Positions 1 through 8,629 of a stretch of DNA of 32,000 nt are shown here, in pieces. Below the pieces are notes generated by a model, which was not told the origin of the DNA, searched no databases, and worked only from the letters and a program-made list of their open reading frames with translations. The stretch covers positions 60,001 to 92,000 of the forward strand of contig CP008939.1 of NCBI GenBank assembly GCA_000743035.1. The letters run 5' to 3'. Origin of the DNA: Candidatus Paracaedimonas acanthamoebae (lineage in GTDB: Bacteria; Pseudomonadota; Alphaproteobacteria; Caedimonadales; Caedimonadaceae). The first letter of the stretch is position 1, and the number at the start of each line of letters is the position of its first letter. Both the position numbers and the translations under genes were made by a program.

Positions 1-95
1 TCAAAAGTAAATTTATCCCTAATCTCAGCATGGAACTCTTTATCCTTAAAAATAGCAAACATTACATTGTTCTCTTTTTTCCTTCATCCTATCTC

Positions 96-1364
96 TCAAA
101 CAGTAAAGCTAAGATAATTAATTTTTGTGCTATTAATCTCTTCTAAAGCTCTTTGAATTTCTTTCTCATACTTTTTTTGGAGATAATCTTTATAAAATCT
201 GCTTGAGGCTTTAAGCTCAGCTATATGTTCATTGGAATCATTGTTTCCTAGATAAGTTAAGTCTAACTCTTGGAAATATTTAGCGGCATTGCCCCCTACC
301 CTTTCAGTTAAAAGCAAGCATGCTTTAATCCATAAAGGATGTCTTGGAAGTTCTAAGAATTCTTGCCTAGTTTCCTGAATAACTCTCTCAGCCTCTTTTT
401 GTTGTTGGTCTTTGCTTAAAACAACTTCTCGATCCCCCAGGGTAAAATCCCCTGCCTGAATTCTTTCAAAGCTTTCATGCTGGATGGCCCATGAGAGCTT
501 AGCCTTAAAATTTGTATTCTTCTTCTCTCCCATTAGGAACTTGGAAGAAGCAATTTGGCGGCAGTACGTCCGCCAAAGGTCAAAGGAACTTTCAAAGGTT
601 CTCTTGAAAGCGTTGTTCAGATTTGTGATGAGAGTATTTGAAAGAAAGCTAACATCTAACCATCCAATTTCTTCCATCCAAATATTTTTCATTTCATTTG
701 CAACCTTCTCCTTCTCAACATTTTGTAATGAGAGAGAGGTTGGATAGAGAGAAGAAGATGAAGTACTTTCTGTAAAATCATTATTCTTCCCCCCTATAGT
801 CCCCCCATAGGAATGGCTGTTTGTGTCGTTACTGGAACGGTTGCTCAAAAGCACCTCTTCCCCCTTCCCTTTAGCAACTCTCTTAGGACTAAGCTTAGAA
901 TTTTCCTCTTTTTGGGCCTTATTCTCAAGGTTCAAAGGCTTATTAGCTGATTTCTTTTCTGCTAATGCTTCTTTAGGTTGGTCGGGAGTCTTATTACGAA
1001 CAAAAAAGGTTCGATTGGTTTTTCTGTCATGATAACTTGCATAGAGTTTACCTTGAAACTTATCTTCAGCTTTCATGAATTCTGTTTTGCTTTTATAGCG
1101 GATGCCAATAGTATCAAAAGCTGCATTAAAGACACGGCGCGAAAATCCTAGTTCCTCAGTCCAGCTGTCTCCTAATCGATATAAGCGATGTTTGCAAGGC
1201 TCTAAGAATTTATAGAAGCCTTGAGGATATTTAGAAAACCAATAATCAAGTTGGCCTCTTATAAGACCTAAATATGGTGAGCCTAGCTCAGGCTCAGGAG
1301 TACGATAACATAAAATCACAAAGGATTTTTTAGGGCACAAAATCCTATTAGGTAAAACACTCAT
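96..1364 (-). CDS. hypothetical protein; candidate plasmid replication initiator (assigned by position only)
   Basis: The long ORF spans 96..1379. AGGAG lies about 7 nt upstream of the second ATG (1364, MSVLPN...), which favours that start. It is transcribed divergently from the AT-rich repeat region and parA. I recognise no named catalytic motif. Confidence 0.55.
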   Translation of the reverse strand: MSVLPNRILCPKKSFVILCYRTPEPELGSPYLGLIRGQLDYWFSKYPQGFYKFLEPCKHRLYRLGDSWTEELGFSRRVFNAAFDTIGIRYKSKTEFMKAEDKFQGKLYASYHDRKTNRTFFVRNKTPDQPKEALAEKKSANKPLNLENKAQKEENSKLSPKRVAKGKGEEVLLSNRSSNDTNSHSYGGTIGGKNNDFTESTSSSSLYPTSLSLQNVEKEKVANEMKNIWMEEIGWLDVSFLSNTLITNLNNAFKRTFESSFDLWRTYCRQIASSKFLMGEKKNTNFKAKLSWAIQHESFERIQAGDFTLGDREVVLSKDQQQKEAERVIQETRQEFLELPRHPLWIKACLLLTERVGGNAAKYFQELDLTYLGNNDSNEHIAELKASSRFYKDYLQKKYEKEIQRALEEINSTKINYLSFTV

Positions 1365-1408
1365 TTGTTTTCTCCTCATGTTGAGGTGCTACAAACAAGC
1401 TTTTCCCG

Positions 1409-1436
1409 TTGACAAAATCGATAAATTCGATAATAT
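1409..1436 (+). promoter_or_regulatory. sigma70-like promoter, TTGACA-16 nt-TAATAT, pointing away from the rep start
   Basis: TTGACA at 1409-1414, a 16-nt spacer containing the direct repeat TCGATAA x2, and TAATAT at 1431-1436. Confidence 0.3.
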
Positions 1437-1493
1437 CTAAATTACAGTATTCGGTGTTGCCTTGTTTCTGTGGCACCATTTTATATAATAAAA

Positions 1494-1517
1494 GCCTTGG
1501 TTCCAGCCAGGGCTTTT
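1494..1517. terminator. intrinsic-terminator-like hairpin (A-tract, stem, T-tract; potentially bidirectional)
   Basis: GCCTTGG (1494-1500) pairs with CCAGGGC (1507-1513) with one G-U pair and a 6-nt loop. TTTT follows at 1514-1517 and AAAA precedes the stem. Confidence 0.35.
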
Positions 1518-1609
1518 AAGTCTTCTATGAAATTTATATCATACTTTTTCCTTTTTATTATGAAAGTCATTGTTTGAATAATTTTAGTATATGTCAAGCA
1601 TAAAATTAT

Positions 1610-1935
1610 CAAAAAGATATTTAAATGATATCAAAAAGGTATCAAAATTATATATAAAAAATATCATATGTCGTATGGTTTAATATCTTTATGATAGCTA
1701 AATCATATCGAAATGATATATTTAAAAAATTAAATAACAAGGTCTCTTACATTTTCTTAATTACACACATAAGTAATTTAATATAATGATCCTACTCATA
1801 AATAATTATAAGAAGCAGACGATATTTAGATTAATAGCTTAGCCAAAAATTTTAAAAAAAGATATCATAAAAAAATCATATTGATATCATAATGATATTA
1901 ATATAATGTTTATATGATTTTGAGAAAGGATATTA
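1610..1935. repeat. about 80% AT region with repeated (A/T)TGATATCA(T/A) palindromes and half-sites; candidate centromere, operator or origin region
   Basis: TGATATCA at 1626-1633 and 1882-1889, GATATCAT at 1861-1868, and many ATGATAT/ATATCAT half-sites. It lies between the candidate rep and parA. Confidence 0.5.
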
Positions 1936-1936
1936 T

Positions 1937-2578
1937 ATGATTATATTAATAGGCGGCGAAAAAGGCGGCCCAGGTAAAACCACTATTGCCACAAACTTAG
2001 CGGCAAGAAGAACGTCTGAGATAGAAGATGTACTACTTATTGATACAGACAAGCAATCAACGGCAAGCTATTGGTGCTCAGCTCGTGAAGATAAAGGGAT
2101 TAAGCCAAGAGTTACCAGCGTACAAAAATATGATAAAGCGGTACGTACAGAAATTATTGAGCTCAAGAAGAAATATACTGATATAATTATAGATGCGGGT
2201 GGGAGGGATTCACCTGAGCTCAGAGCTGCTTTACTTGTTTGTGACAAAGCAATATTCCCCTTAAGACCTTCACAGTTTGATTTATGGACTTTAGGTAGAT
2301 TAAATTCCTTAGTTGAGATAGCTTTAGAAATTAATGATAAGTTGAAAGCTTATGTCGTAATTAATCAAGCCTCCCCTAATCCGGCTGTAAAAGAATCAGA
2401 AGAAATGAGAGAATTCATATCTGATTTTGAAAATATTAAAATGCTTAACACTGTTGTATGTGAGAGAATTGTTTTTAGGCGAGCAGCTTTAAATGGCATG
2501 TCAGTTTTGGAATATAAACCGGAAGATATTAAAGCTAATGAAGAAATTGAAAATCTCTATAAGGAGATATATGAATGA
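1937..2578 (+). CDS. parA: ParA/ParF-type partition ATPase
   Basis: Deviant Walker A GGEKGGPGKTT at the N-terminus, small size (213 aa), GAAAGGA RBS, and a 4-nt ATGA overlap with the downstream small gene. Confidence 0.9.
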   Translation: MIILIGGEKGGPGKTTIATNLAARRTSEIEDVLLIDTDKQSTASYWCSAREDKGIKPRVTSVQKYDKAVRTEIIELKKKYTDIIIDAGGRDSPELRAALLVCDKAIFPLRPSQFDLWTLGRLNSLVEIALEINDKLKAYVVINQASPNPAVKESEEMREFISDFENIKMLNTVVCERIVFRRAALNGMSVLEYKPEDIKANEEIENLYKEIYE

Positions 2579-2862
2579 GTAAATTTATAAAGCCGCCCCT
2601 TTCCAAAATAGAAAAGGAAAAGAAAGCAGAGGAATTTTTAAGCTTTGTTGGTGAAGTTAAAGTGGAAGATGAGAAACTTCATACTTCAAGGAGGCTAGAA
2701 AAGGAACCAACAAAATCTTATCCACTAAGAATACCAACTACCCTTTTTGACGACCTAAGAGAGATAGGAGCTTTAACCGGGATTTCAATTAATGCAATAT
2801 GCTTGGAACTTTTAAGGCCTGTTGTGAAAAAGAAACTTAAAGAACTAAAAGATTTAGAATAA
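2575..2862 (+). CDS. ribbon-helix-helix partition adaptor / centromere-binding protein (ParG-like)
   Basis: 95 aa, translationally coupled to parA. The C-terminal RHH pattern is YPLRIPTTLFDDLREIGALTGISINAICLELL. Confidence 0.65.
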   Translation: MSKFIKPPLSKIEKEKKAEEFLSFVGEVKVEDEKLHTSRRLEKEPTKSYPLRIPTTLFDDLREIGALTGISINAICLELLRPVVKKKLKELKDLE

Positions 2863-2960
2863 TATCATATTTATATGAAAATGATATCATAAAAACCCTT
2901 ATATAATATCTTTTTTATATTTATATAATATATAAATGATATATATCATGTATTATTCGT
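2863..2960. repeat. second cluster of ATGATATCAT-type palindromes
   Basis: ATGATATCAT at 2881-2890, AATATCAT at 2861-2868, and ATGATATATATCAT at 2936-2949. Confidence 0.5.
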
Positions 2961-3059
2961 TTGATACGCTAATGAGTATGTGTAGTGCTCCCTGGAGTTG
3001 CCCCTAGGAAAGCGGACAGGTGTTGATAGCTCCTAAGAGATAGGAGTAGATATAGAACT

Positions 3060-3350
3060 ATGACTAGTACTAGAGAAAAACCTGTTCATGTAATTACGTC
3101 CGTTGAGAGGCGCAGGCGTTGGAGTATTTTTAAGAAGAAAGCTATCGTAGAAGAGACGTATGAGGCTGGGAAGAGCGTTTCTTATGTTGCTCGTAAGCAT
3201 GGCATTGCAGCTTCTCAGGTATTTTTATGGCGCCGGAAGATGGAGGAAGGAGCCTTAGTTGGGGTTGGGAGTGAAGAAAAGGTTATTCCTGAGACTGAGC
3301 ACAAGCAGGCACTGGAACGCATCAAGCGATTAGAGCGTTTATTGGGATAA
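3060..3350 (+). pseudogene. IS2-like orfA (InsC-like HTH), ended by a premature TAA
   Basis: RRRWS...SVSYVARKHGIAASQVFLWRRKMEEGAL...RLERLLG parallels IS2 InsC. The TAA at 3348-3350 sits where InsC continues as GKKT..., and the same frame continues as KTEEVEILKEAV. Confidence 0.7.
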
Positions 3351-3371
3351 AAGACAGAAGAAGTCGAGATT

Positions 3372-4275
3372 TTGAAGGAAGCGGTCAAGATCAGCCGCGA
3401 AAAAACTGGTTTGGCGCAATCCCTTGCTTTCAGAAAGAGGTTCTCAATGAGTCGCATTTGTAAAGCCCTTGAAGTTTCTCAGTCCAATCTTTATGAACGC
3501 TTAAAGAAGACATCAAGCTCTCGAAAGAGGAGTGTTACGATTCATGATCAAAAATTGCTTCTTCTCATTCGTCAGATCAGGGATGAACGCCCCACTTATG
3601 GTTATCGGCGAGTAACTGCACTTTTAAGAAAATCTTTGAATCAAGCCATTAATCCAAAGCGAGTCTATCGCATTGTGAAAGAACATAGCTTACTTTTACA
3701 AAAGCATGGAAAGAGACCTGTTCGTGTCCATGATGGAAAGATCATCACTTTGAAGAGTAATTTGCGGTGGTGTTCGGATCATTTTAGCATTCAATGTTGG
3801 AATGGAGATCAGATTCATGTTTGATTGTCATGATCGAGAAGTTCTTTCTTGGATGGCCCTCTAATACAGGCATTGATGGCCAAATGACCAGAGACCTGAT
3901 GATAGATTGTGTTGAATCTAGGTTTAGCTCCATCAGCCATTTACCCCACAAGCTCCAATGGCTCAGTGATAATGGTCCTGCGTATGTGTCGCAAGGTCAA
4001 CAGTTCACTTTGGAAGGTCTCTTGGCTTTAAGATTTGTACAACAGCTCCCTATAGCCCCGAGAGTAATGGAGTGGCAGAAGCCTTTGTGAAAACCTTCAA
4101 GCGAGATTACGCATATATCGCTGACTTAAGCTCAGCAGCAAGAGTCATCAAGCAGCTTCCAGGATGGTTCGATGATTACAATAACAATGCACCCCATAAA
4201 GGGTTAAGGATGCTCGCACCAAGAGAATTTTTAAGGCCTTCCATGGAAGGCCTTAAAAAGGTAGGGTATAACTAA
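3372..4275 (+). pseudogene. IS2-like orfB (DDE transposase, InsD-like), broken by at least two frameshifts
   Basis: There are three consecutive ORF fragments in frames 0, 2 and 1 (3372-3824, 3794-4090, 4072-4275). They carry PTYGYRRV, NLRWCSD, WLSDNGPAY, AEAFVKTFKRDY and NNNAPHKGL. The first fragment is in the same frame as orfA rather than -1. Confidence 0.75.
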
Positions 4276-4379
4276 CCGAGCTAATCTACTTGTCCGGTCT
4301 TAATAGGGACTTCTCATAATAATAACTTTTTAAGATTTAGTATCTTAGTAATTAAATTACTTTGGGTTGTATTCCTAGC

Positions 4380-4550
4380 TGTTTGTGCCAATGATATTTT
4401 ATTATATTGCATGTATGTTTATATAAAAAACATCATAAATGTATCAATATGATATCATATTGATATCGTTTAAATATTTTATATATATTTTTTTAATATT
4501 ATATTGATATTGTTATAATATAACTTTAAAAAATACAAATAGGAGTTAGC
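4380..4550. repeat. third cluster of ATGATATCAT / TTGATATC palindromes upstream of ssb
   Basis: ATGATATCAT at 4449-4458, TTGATATCG at 4460-4468, and further TGATAT half-sites at 4390-4396 and 4504-4510. Confidence 0.5.
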
Positions 4551-4552
4551 TT

Positions 4553-5002
4553 ATGTCAGGTTCAGTAAATAAAGTGGTGTTGGTAGGTAACCTTGGTAAA
4601 GACCCAGAAATACGTATGACTCAAGATGGCACAAAAATAGCCCAATTCTCTGTTGCCACATCAGAATCTTGGAAAAACAAGATCACTGGTGAAAGGCAAG
4701 ATAGAACAGAATGGCATCGTGTTGTGGTCTTTAATCCCAATATTGCCGATGTCTGTGAGAAATATCTTCGTAAAGGCGCTAAAGTCTATGTTGAAGGCCA
4801 ACTCCAAACGAGAAAGTGGACTGACCAAACAGGGCAAGAGAAATATACGACTGAAATTGTGCTTCCAAAGTTTAAAGGGGAACTGACGATGCTTGAGGGG
4901 CGAGCAGAAGCTGAAAACCCAAGCCCAACCTTAGGATATATGAGCACTGGAAATCATACTGAAAATTCATCCAATAACTCTTTAAGTGAAATCCCATTCT
5001 AA
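4553..5002 (+). CDS. ssb: single-stranded DNA-binding protein
   Basis: OB-fold N-terminus [17 protein letters not shown]...TEWHRVVVF, a low-complexity linker, an acidic/hydrophobic C-terminal tip ...SEIPF, and an AGGAG RBS. Confidence 0.92.
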   Translation: MSGSVNKVVLVGNLGKDPEIRMTQDGTKIAQFSVATSESWKNKITGERQDRTEWHRVVVFNPNIADVCEKYLRKGAKVYVEGQLQTRKWTDQTGQEKYTTEIVLPKFKGELTMLEGRAEAENPSPTLGYMSTGNHTENSSNNSLSEIPF

Positions 5003-5088
5003 GGAAGAGAGTAGGGGGCTTTATATTGAGGTAGCTAAGAGACAAAAGTTAACGTGAAAACTTTATCTCCTCGTTGGTTTGTTGGCGG

Positions 5089-5361
5089 TTAAGCGTTAAC
5101 CGCGTCTTTCAGTTCTTTCCCTGGCTTAAAAGTAGGAACCTTGCTTGCAGCAATCTTAATCTCTTGCCCTGTTCTTGGATTTCTGCCTGTACGAGCCGCT
5201 CTTCCATTCACTTTGAAACTTCCAAATCCTGTGAGGCGAACTTCTTCCCCTTTTTGGAGAGCTTCTTTAATGGACTCAAAGATAGCCTTAAAACCTTGCT
5301 CAGCTTCTTGTTTAGAGGCAACGACTTTTGCAATTTCATTTATAAGCTCAGATTTATTCAT
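5089..5361 (-). CDS. hup: HU/IHF-family histone-like DNA-binding protein
   Basis: 90 aa: MNKSELI...GFGSFKVNGRAARTGRNPRTGQEIKIAASKVPTFKPGKELKDAV, the canonical HU arm motif. Confidence 0.92.
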   Translation of the reverse strand: MNKSELINEIAKVVASKQEAEQGFKAIFESIKEALQKGEEVRLTGFGSFKVNGRAARTGRNPRTGQEIKIAASKVPTFKPGKELKDAVNA

Positions 5362-5660
5362 CTTTTATCCTTTCTTCAAAGTAATGAATTCTACCATGAA
5401 TTATGGGGTGGGAGAATAGGGAAGATATTGCGTTAGGTGTAAGCCCCTTTTATAATTTATTTTGATAGGCGAGCGCTTAAAAAGGGTGTTCCTTTTTTAG
5501 GACGCCAAAGATGATATACAATAGTTTTTGCATGATTGCCACAATATGGAACATACCTGGATCCTCATAAACTCTTCAGCATTATGGGAGGTTCTAGTAA
5601 TATTTATTGGTCTTGCTAAGGTCAGTCCAGTGGGACAAGGCCAAAAGCTATAAAAGTAGG

Positions 5661-6815
5661 CTAAAGGCTAAGGTTTAAGCGACGGGCTTGAGACCATGGA
5701 TTGTACATTTCCTTTCCTCTGTTTCGAAGGTGGTCAATCTCCTGCATCCTTTCTTCTGGGGACCCATTAAAGAGCTCAGGGTGTTGTTCAAGGAGATAAG
5801 CTAAATTAAGACAAGCAAGCTTATGACCTTCCCTTGCTGCTTTCCCATAGTTCAGGAAGGCCCCTTGGAAGTCACCTTTTTTCTCAAGACAAAACCCTAA
5901 GCTATTTTGAGCAGGGACACATCCTTGCTCTGCAGCATGGCGATAGTAGCCTTCAGCGTCTTCATAATTTCCTTGATGTTCTAACAGGCGCCCTAAATTA
6001 AGCTGTGCTTCTGTATGTCCTTGGTTTGCAGCTTGGCGGTAATAAAACTCGGCTTGCTCCATCTGGTCTTCTACCTCATGGTGCAAGGCCAGGGTACATT
6101 GGCCTTCGGAATCTCCTAGATGCGCCAGGTAAGACAAAACCTCTCTGGCTTCAATAAACTTGCCTTGGTGCTCTAAAATGAGGCTTAAATCAAACTGAGC
6201 ATCCACATCACCTTGCCTTGCCGCCTCACGATAAAAGATCTCTGCCAATCTTAGCCATTTATCCCTGAAGAGACTATTTGCTTTTTGATCCGCCCATAGA
6301 TAGCAATACTCGGCCATATTGTAAGCTTTAGCCCGGGACATATTCGGGAAGGATGTCATGGCTTGAGGAAGCAAGATAGCTTCTCCTTCACTCCTCTCGG
6401 TATCAACATCCTCTAAGATTACTTCTTGATTAACCCGCCTGAATAAAGCTGTGATCGGCTCACTACTTGGAAGGTTAAAAAGCTTTAAGAGATAAAGAGC
6501 TTTATAAGGGGCAGCATGCGTTTGGGTAAATTCTATAAATTCTTGGGAGAACAAGCTTTTTTCTAAAGGAAAGATGGGGGCTGTTCTGCCATAAGCTTCA
6601 AGGGTGGTTTGGGGGTCATTCTCTAATTTTTCTTGAGCAAAGGCCTCATGAATCCTGGCGGCGGTGATTTTACTTTCAAAGAAGAGAGGGAGGAGGGACG
6701 AGGTGCCGAGAATCTCTTTAAGAACAGGGGGATCTGCGCAGATCTTCTCAAGGGCGAGAGGAGAAGCAAAAAACTGGTGAAATAATCCCTCTTGGCCGGC
6801 TTTACTATCTTCCAA
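5661..6815 (-). CDS. SEL1-repeat (TPR-like) protein; probably the C-terminal part of an F-box protein interrupted by one TAG
   Basis: There are at least four SEL1-type units (YREAARQGDVDAQ..., YRQAANQGHTEAQLNLG..., YRHAAEQGCVPAQNSLG..., YGKAAREGHKLACLNLA). The first roughly 150 codons of the open frame contain no ATG, and the only start offered is a TTG. Confidence 0.7.
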   Translation of the reverse strand: MEDSKAGQEGLFHQFFASPLALEKICADPPVLKEILGTSSLLPLFFESKITAARIHEAFAQEKLENDPQTTLEAYGRTAPIFPLEKSLFSQEFIEFTQTHAAPYKALYLLKLFNLPSSEPITALFRRVNQEVILEDVDTERSEGEAILLPQAMTSFPNMSRAKAYNMAEYCYLWADQKANSLFRDKWLRLAEIFYREAARQGDVDAQFDLSLILEHQGKFIEAREVLSYLAHLGDSEGQCTLALHHEVEDQMEQAEFYYRQAANQGHTEAQLNLGRLLEHQGNYEDAEGYYRHAAEQGCVPAQNSLGFCLEKKGDFQGAFLNYGKAAREGHKLACLNLAYLLEQHPELFNGSPEERMQEIDHLRNRGKEMYNPWSQARRLNLSL

Positions 6816-6869
6816 CTTCTTCCATAAAATAACTAAAGGCTTTGTATGAATCTGTTTGGAGAAAGAAAG

Positions 6870-7160
6870 CTATTCATCCTGAGCAAGGTGGCCCCATGCT
6901 TTACACACCCTTTTGACAGTTCTTAAGCCCTGGAAGCTTAAGGCATCAAAGATATGAATCCAGATCTCATCAGGCAACGGGGCCCCTTCAGGGGCTTCTA
7001 GTAAAGGCTCTTTCGGAGAAGAGGGGAGAGTTCTTTGGCGTTTCTTGGCAGGTTCAGCAGAATAAGCTTCATCTTCATGGGTGGAGGCTAAGCAAGAGGT
7101 TTGTGTTATTCTTTGAAGGGCAAGGAGAAAGATAAAAGAAAGAAGAGTTAAAAATTGCAT
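6870..7160 (-). CDS. F-box domain protein with a hydrophobic N-terminus
   Basis: LPDEIWIHIFDALSFQGLRTVKRVCKAWGHL matches the F-box consensus LPxE..I...L....L.....VCK.W. The N-terminus MQFLTLLSFIFLLAL looks like a signal peptide. Confidence 0.75.
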   Translation of the reverse strand: MQFLTLLSFIFLLALQRITQTSCLASTHEDEAYSAEPAKKRQRTLPSSPKEPLLEAPEGAPLPDEIWIHIFDALSFQGLRTVKRVCKAWGHLAQDE

Positions 7161-7322
7161 GAGTGTCTTTTATTTATAAAGTGTTTAAAAGCTTTGCCAG
7201 AATTTAATTCCTTAAAACAGCCTTAATTTACCCTACAGGAAATCCCTTATTATCAATAACCTCTAAAAGCAGTTTTATGCTGTGTTGGGAGATTCCCTAT
7301 TTTATGGATGGGTGTAGGGGCT

Positions 7323-8279
7323 TCATTCCTGCAATAAATGCATCTCCAGCGGTTTTTCTAAAAGTAAGAAGCCCCCAAAAGGAGTCCCTCTTCGTGTAAA
7401 CCCAAAGTTACAATGAAGTTTATTTTTAAAGACATAACAACACTCTAGTTTATGCCCCTCAAGCAACTCTTCTAATTTATTCATATATTTCCCCCCTAAC
7501 TGTGGGAATTGGCTGGTTACTTGCGGATAAATTGGAAATACAAAAAAATCATGTTTTCTGCGAGCATAGTCGTAGCTCGGGTCATAAGACGTAGTGTAGA
7601 ATTTAGCGGAAAAAGGAACATTTTCAAAAGTTAAATCTTCCTGATAAAGGGTATCGTTTTCAAATGGCTCTAAAAGGCGTTTTTTAAGGTGAGCCTTCAC
7701 TATTTCATCGTGCGGACGAAGAGTCATTTCTTGACACATCATCCCTAGGGCCTTTGATACTTCTGGGATACTCGTACGACAAAGCTTTGCAAGATGGTAT
7801 ATAACCGCTGGGTTACTAAGATCTTGCCGACTGCTATGCATATTTTTTAGAACTTCTTCTTCATGGAAGCTAATGAACTTTATTAGTTTTCCAATTTCTT
7901 GTTGTTTCCTACTGATTAAAGTTGGAGAGGTTATTTCAGCTGAGGGGCTTATTAATTGATTTTCCTTTGTCTTTTCTCTTTCAGTTAATTCAACCTCATG
8001 GGCTTGTTGTAAAGAGAAATTTCCAGCTTCTAATTCTTGAATCTCTTGCTTTAATTTTTCAATTTCTCGATGGCGAGCTTCTTGCTTTAAGAGCTTTCTT
8101 TGTTGTAAAAGCTGTTCTTTTCTTTCTTGCAATTGAAAGAGTTCTTCTTCGCTGTTAGTACGTATTAAGGTTGATTTAGGAGTCTCTGTTTCAAGCTCAC
8201 TTGATAGCAGCATCTGAGGAATGAAAATAATATTTATAAAGAAAATAAGTAAGAATGATCCATAAGTAGATTTTTGCAT
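7323..8279 (-). CDS. secreted coiled-coil protein, function unknown
   Basis: Hydrophobic N-terminus (FLLIFFINIIFIP), then E/K/Q-rich heptad-like sequence (QERKEQLLQQRKLLKQEARHREIEKLKQEIQELE), then a C-terminal domain I do not recognise. Confidence 0.7.
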   Translation of the reverse strand: MQKSTYGSFLLIFFINIIFIPQMLLSSELETETPKSTLIRTNSEEELFQLQERKEQLLQQRKLLKQEARHREIEKLKQEIQELEAGNFSLQQAHEVELTEREKTKENQLISPSAEITSPTLISRKQQEIGKLIKFISFHEEEVLKNMHSSRQDLSNPAVIYHLAKLCRTSIPEVSKALGMMCQEMTLRPHDEIVKAHLKKRLLEPFENDTLYQEDLTFENVPFSAKFYTTSYDPSYDYARRKHDFFVFPIYPQVTSQFPQLGGKYMNKLEELLEGHKLECCYVFKNKLHCNFGFTRRGTPFGGFLLLEKPLEMHLLQE

Positions 8280-8629
8280 GATGATCTTCTTGTAAGGTTA
8301 CATTTTTAAATATTTTATTTCCGTATGATAGCGAAAGAAGCTCAAAAAAACTATTGGAAAGATCAAGGCTCAAGCGAAAAAGAAAAACCAGGTTTACCTT
8401 TCTCTTCACTTATGTGGAGCTTAACATATCACGAAATCATTTGTACAACTTCGAAAGAAGAGAGCTCCCTTAGCTAAAGTTGGGCAAGGTCTACACGACT
8501 TCTCACCCTTACGCCTTAACAAATAAAATTAATTTTTTCTCTATCTTTTTAAAAAATAGATAAATGATTAAAATATTGATATAAATAATAATGTCCTTAA
8601 TTTAAGGACTTAATCAATATGGAGGGAAC

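Larger units (their letters stand above)
2993..4316 (+). mobile_element. IS2-like element (IS3 family), decayed
   Basis: The ends are TGGAGTTGCCCCTAGGAAAGCGGACAGG (left) and the reverse complement of the right end, TGAGAAGTCCCTATTAAGACCGGACAAG; they form imperfect IRs resembling the IS2 IRs. Length is 1324 bp. The flanking 5 bp differ (CTCCC versus TAATA), so no target duplication is visible. Confidence 0.75.

Noticed and set aside
1-62. Possible start of a minus-strand gene (MFAIFKDKEFHAEIRDKFTF...) running off the left edge
   Set aside because: Only about 20 codons are visible and the RBS is poor, so it cannot be supported from this window.
484-1032. Plus-strand ORFs 484-747 and 823-1032
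   Set aside because: They are antisense within the 427-aa candidate rep ORF. Their composition is hydrophobic and low-complexity, typical of shadow frames, and they lack an RBS.
3215-3457. 80-aa minus-strand ORF in the IS2-like element
   Set aside because: It is antisense to the orfA/orfB junction and has no known counterpart in IS2-type elements.
4653-4886. 77-aa ORF overlapping ssb in another frame
   Set aside because: It lies entirely within the well-supported ssb reading frame and has no independent signals.
5085-5103. Hairpin GCGGTTAA-GCG-TTAACCGC between the convergent ssb and hup genes
   Set aside because: It overlaps the hup stop codon, has a 3-nt loop and has no T-tract. It may contribute to termination but is too weak to call.
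5074-5436. Plus-strand ORFs 5074-5436 and 5141-5419
   Set aside because: They are shadow frames opposite the clearly recognisable HU gene.
7922-8158. 78-aa plus-strand ORF inside the 318-aa coiled-coil gene (7323-8279)
   Set aside because: It is antisense to the coiled-coil coding region and has no RBS or recognisable motif, so I treat it as a shadow frame.
8197-8409. 70-aa minus-strand ORF overlapping the start of the 318-aa coiled-coil gene
   Set aside because: It overlaps the better-supported start at 8279 in another frame, has AT-rich low-complexity composition, and has no RBS.
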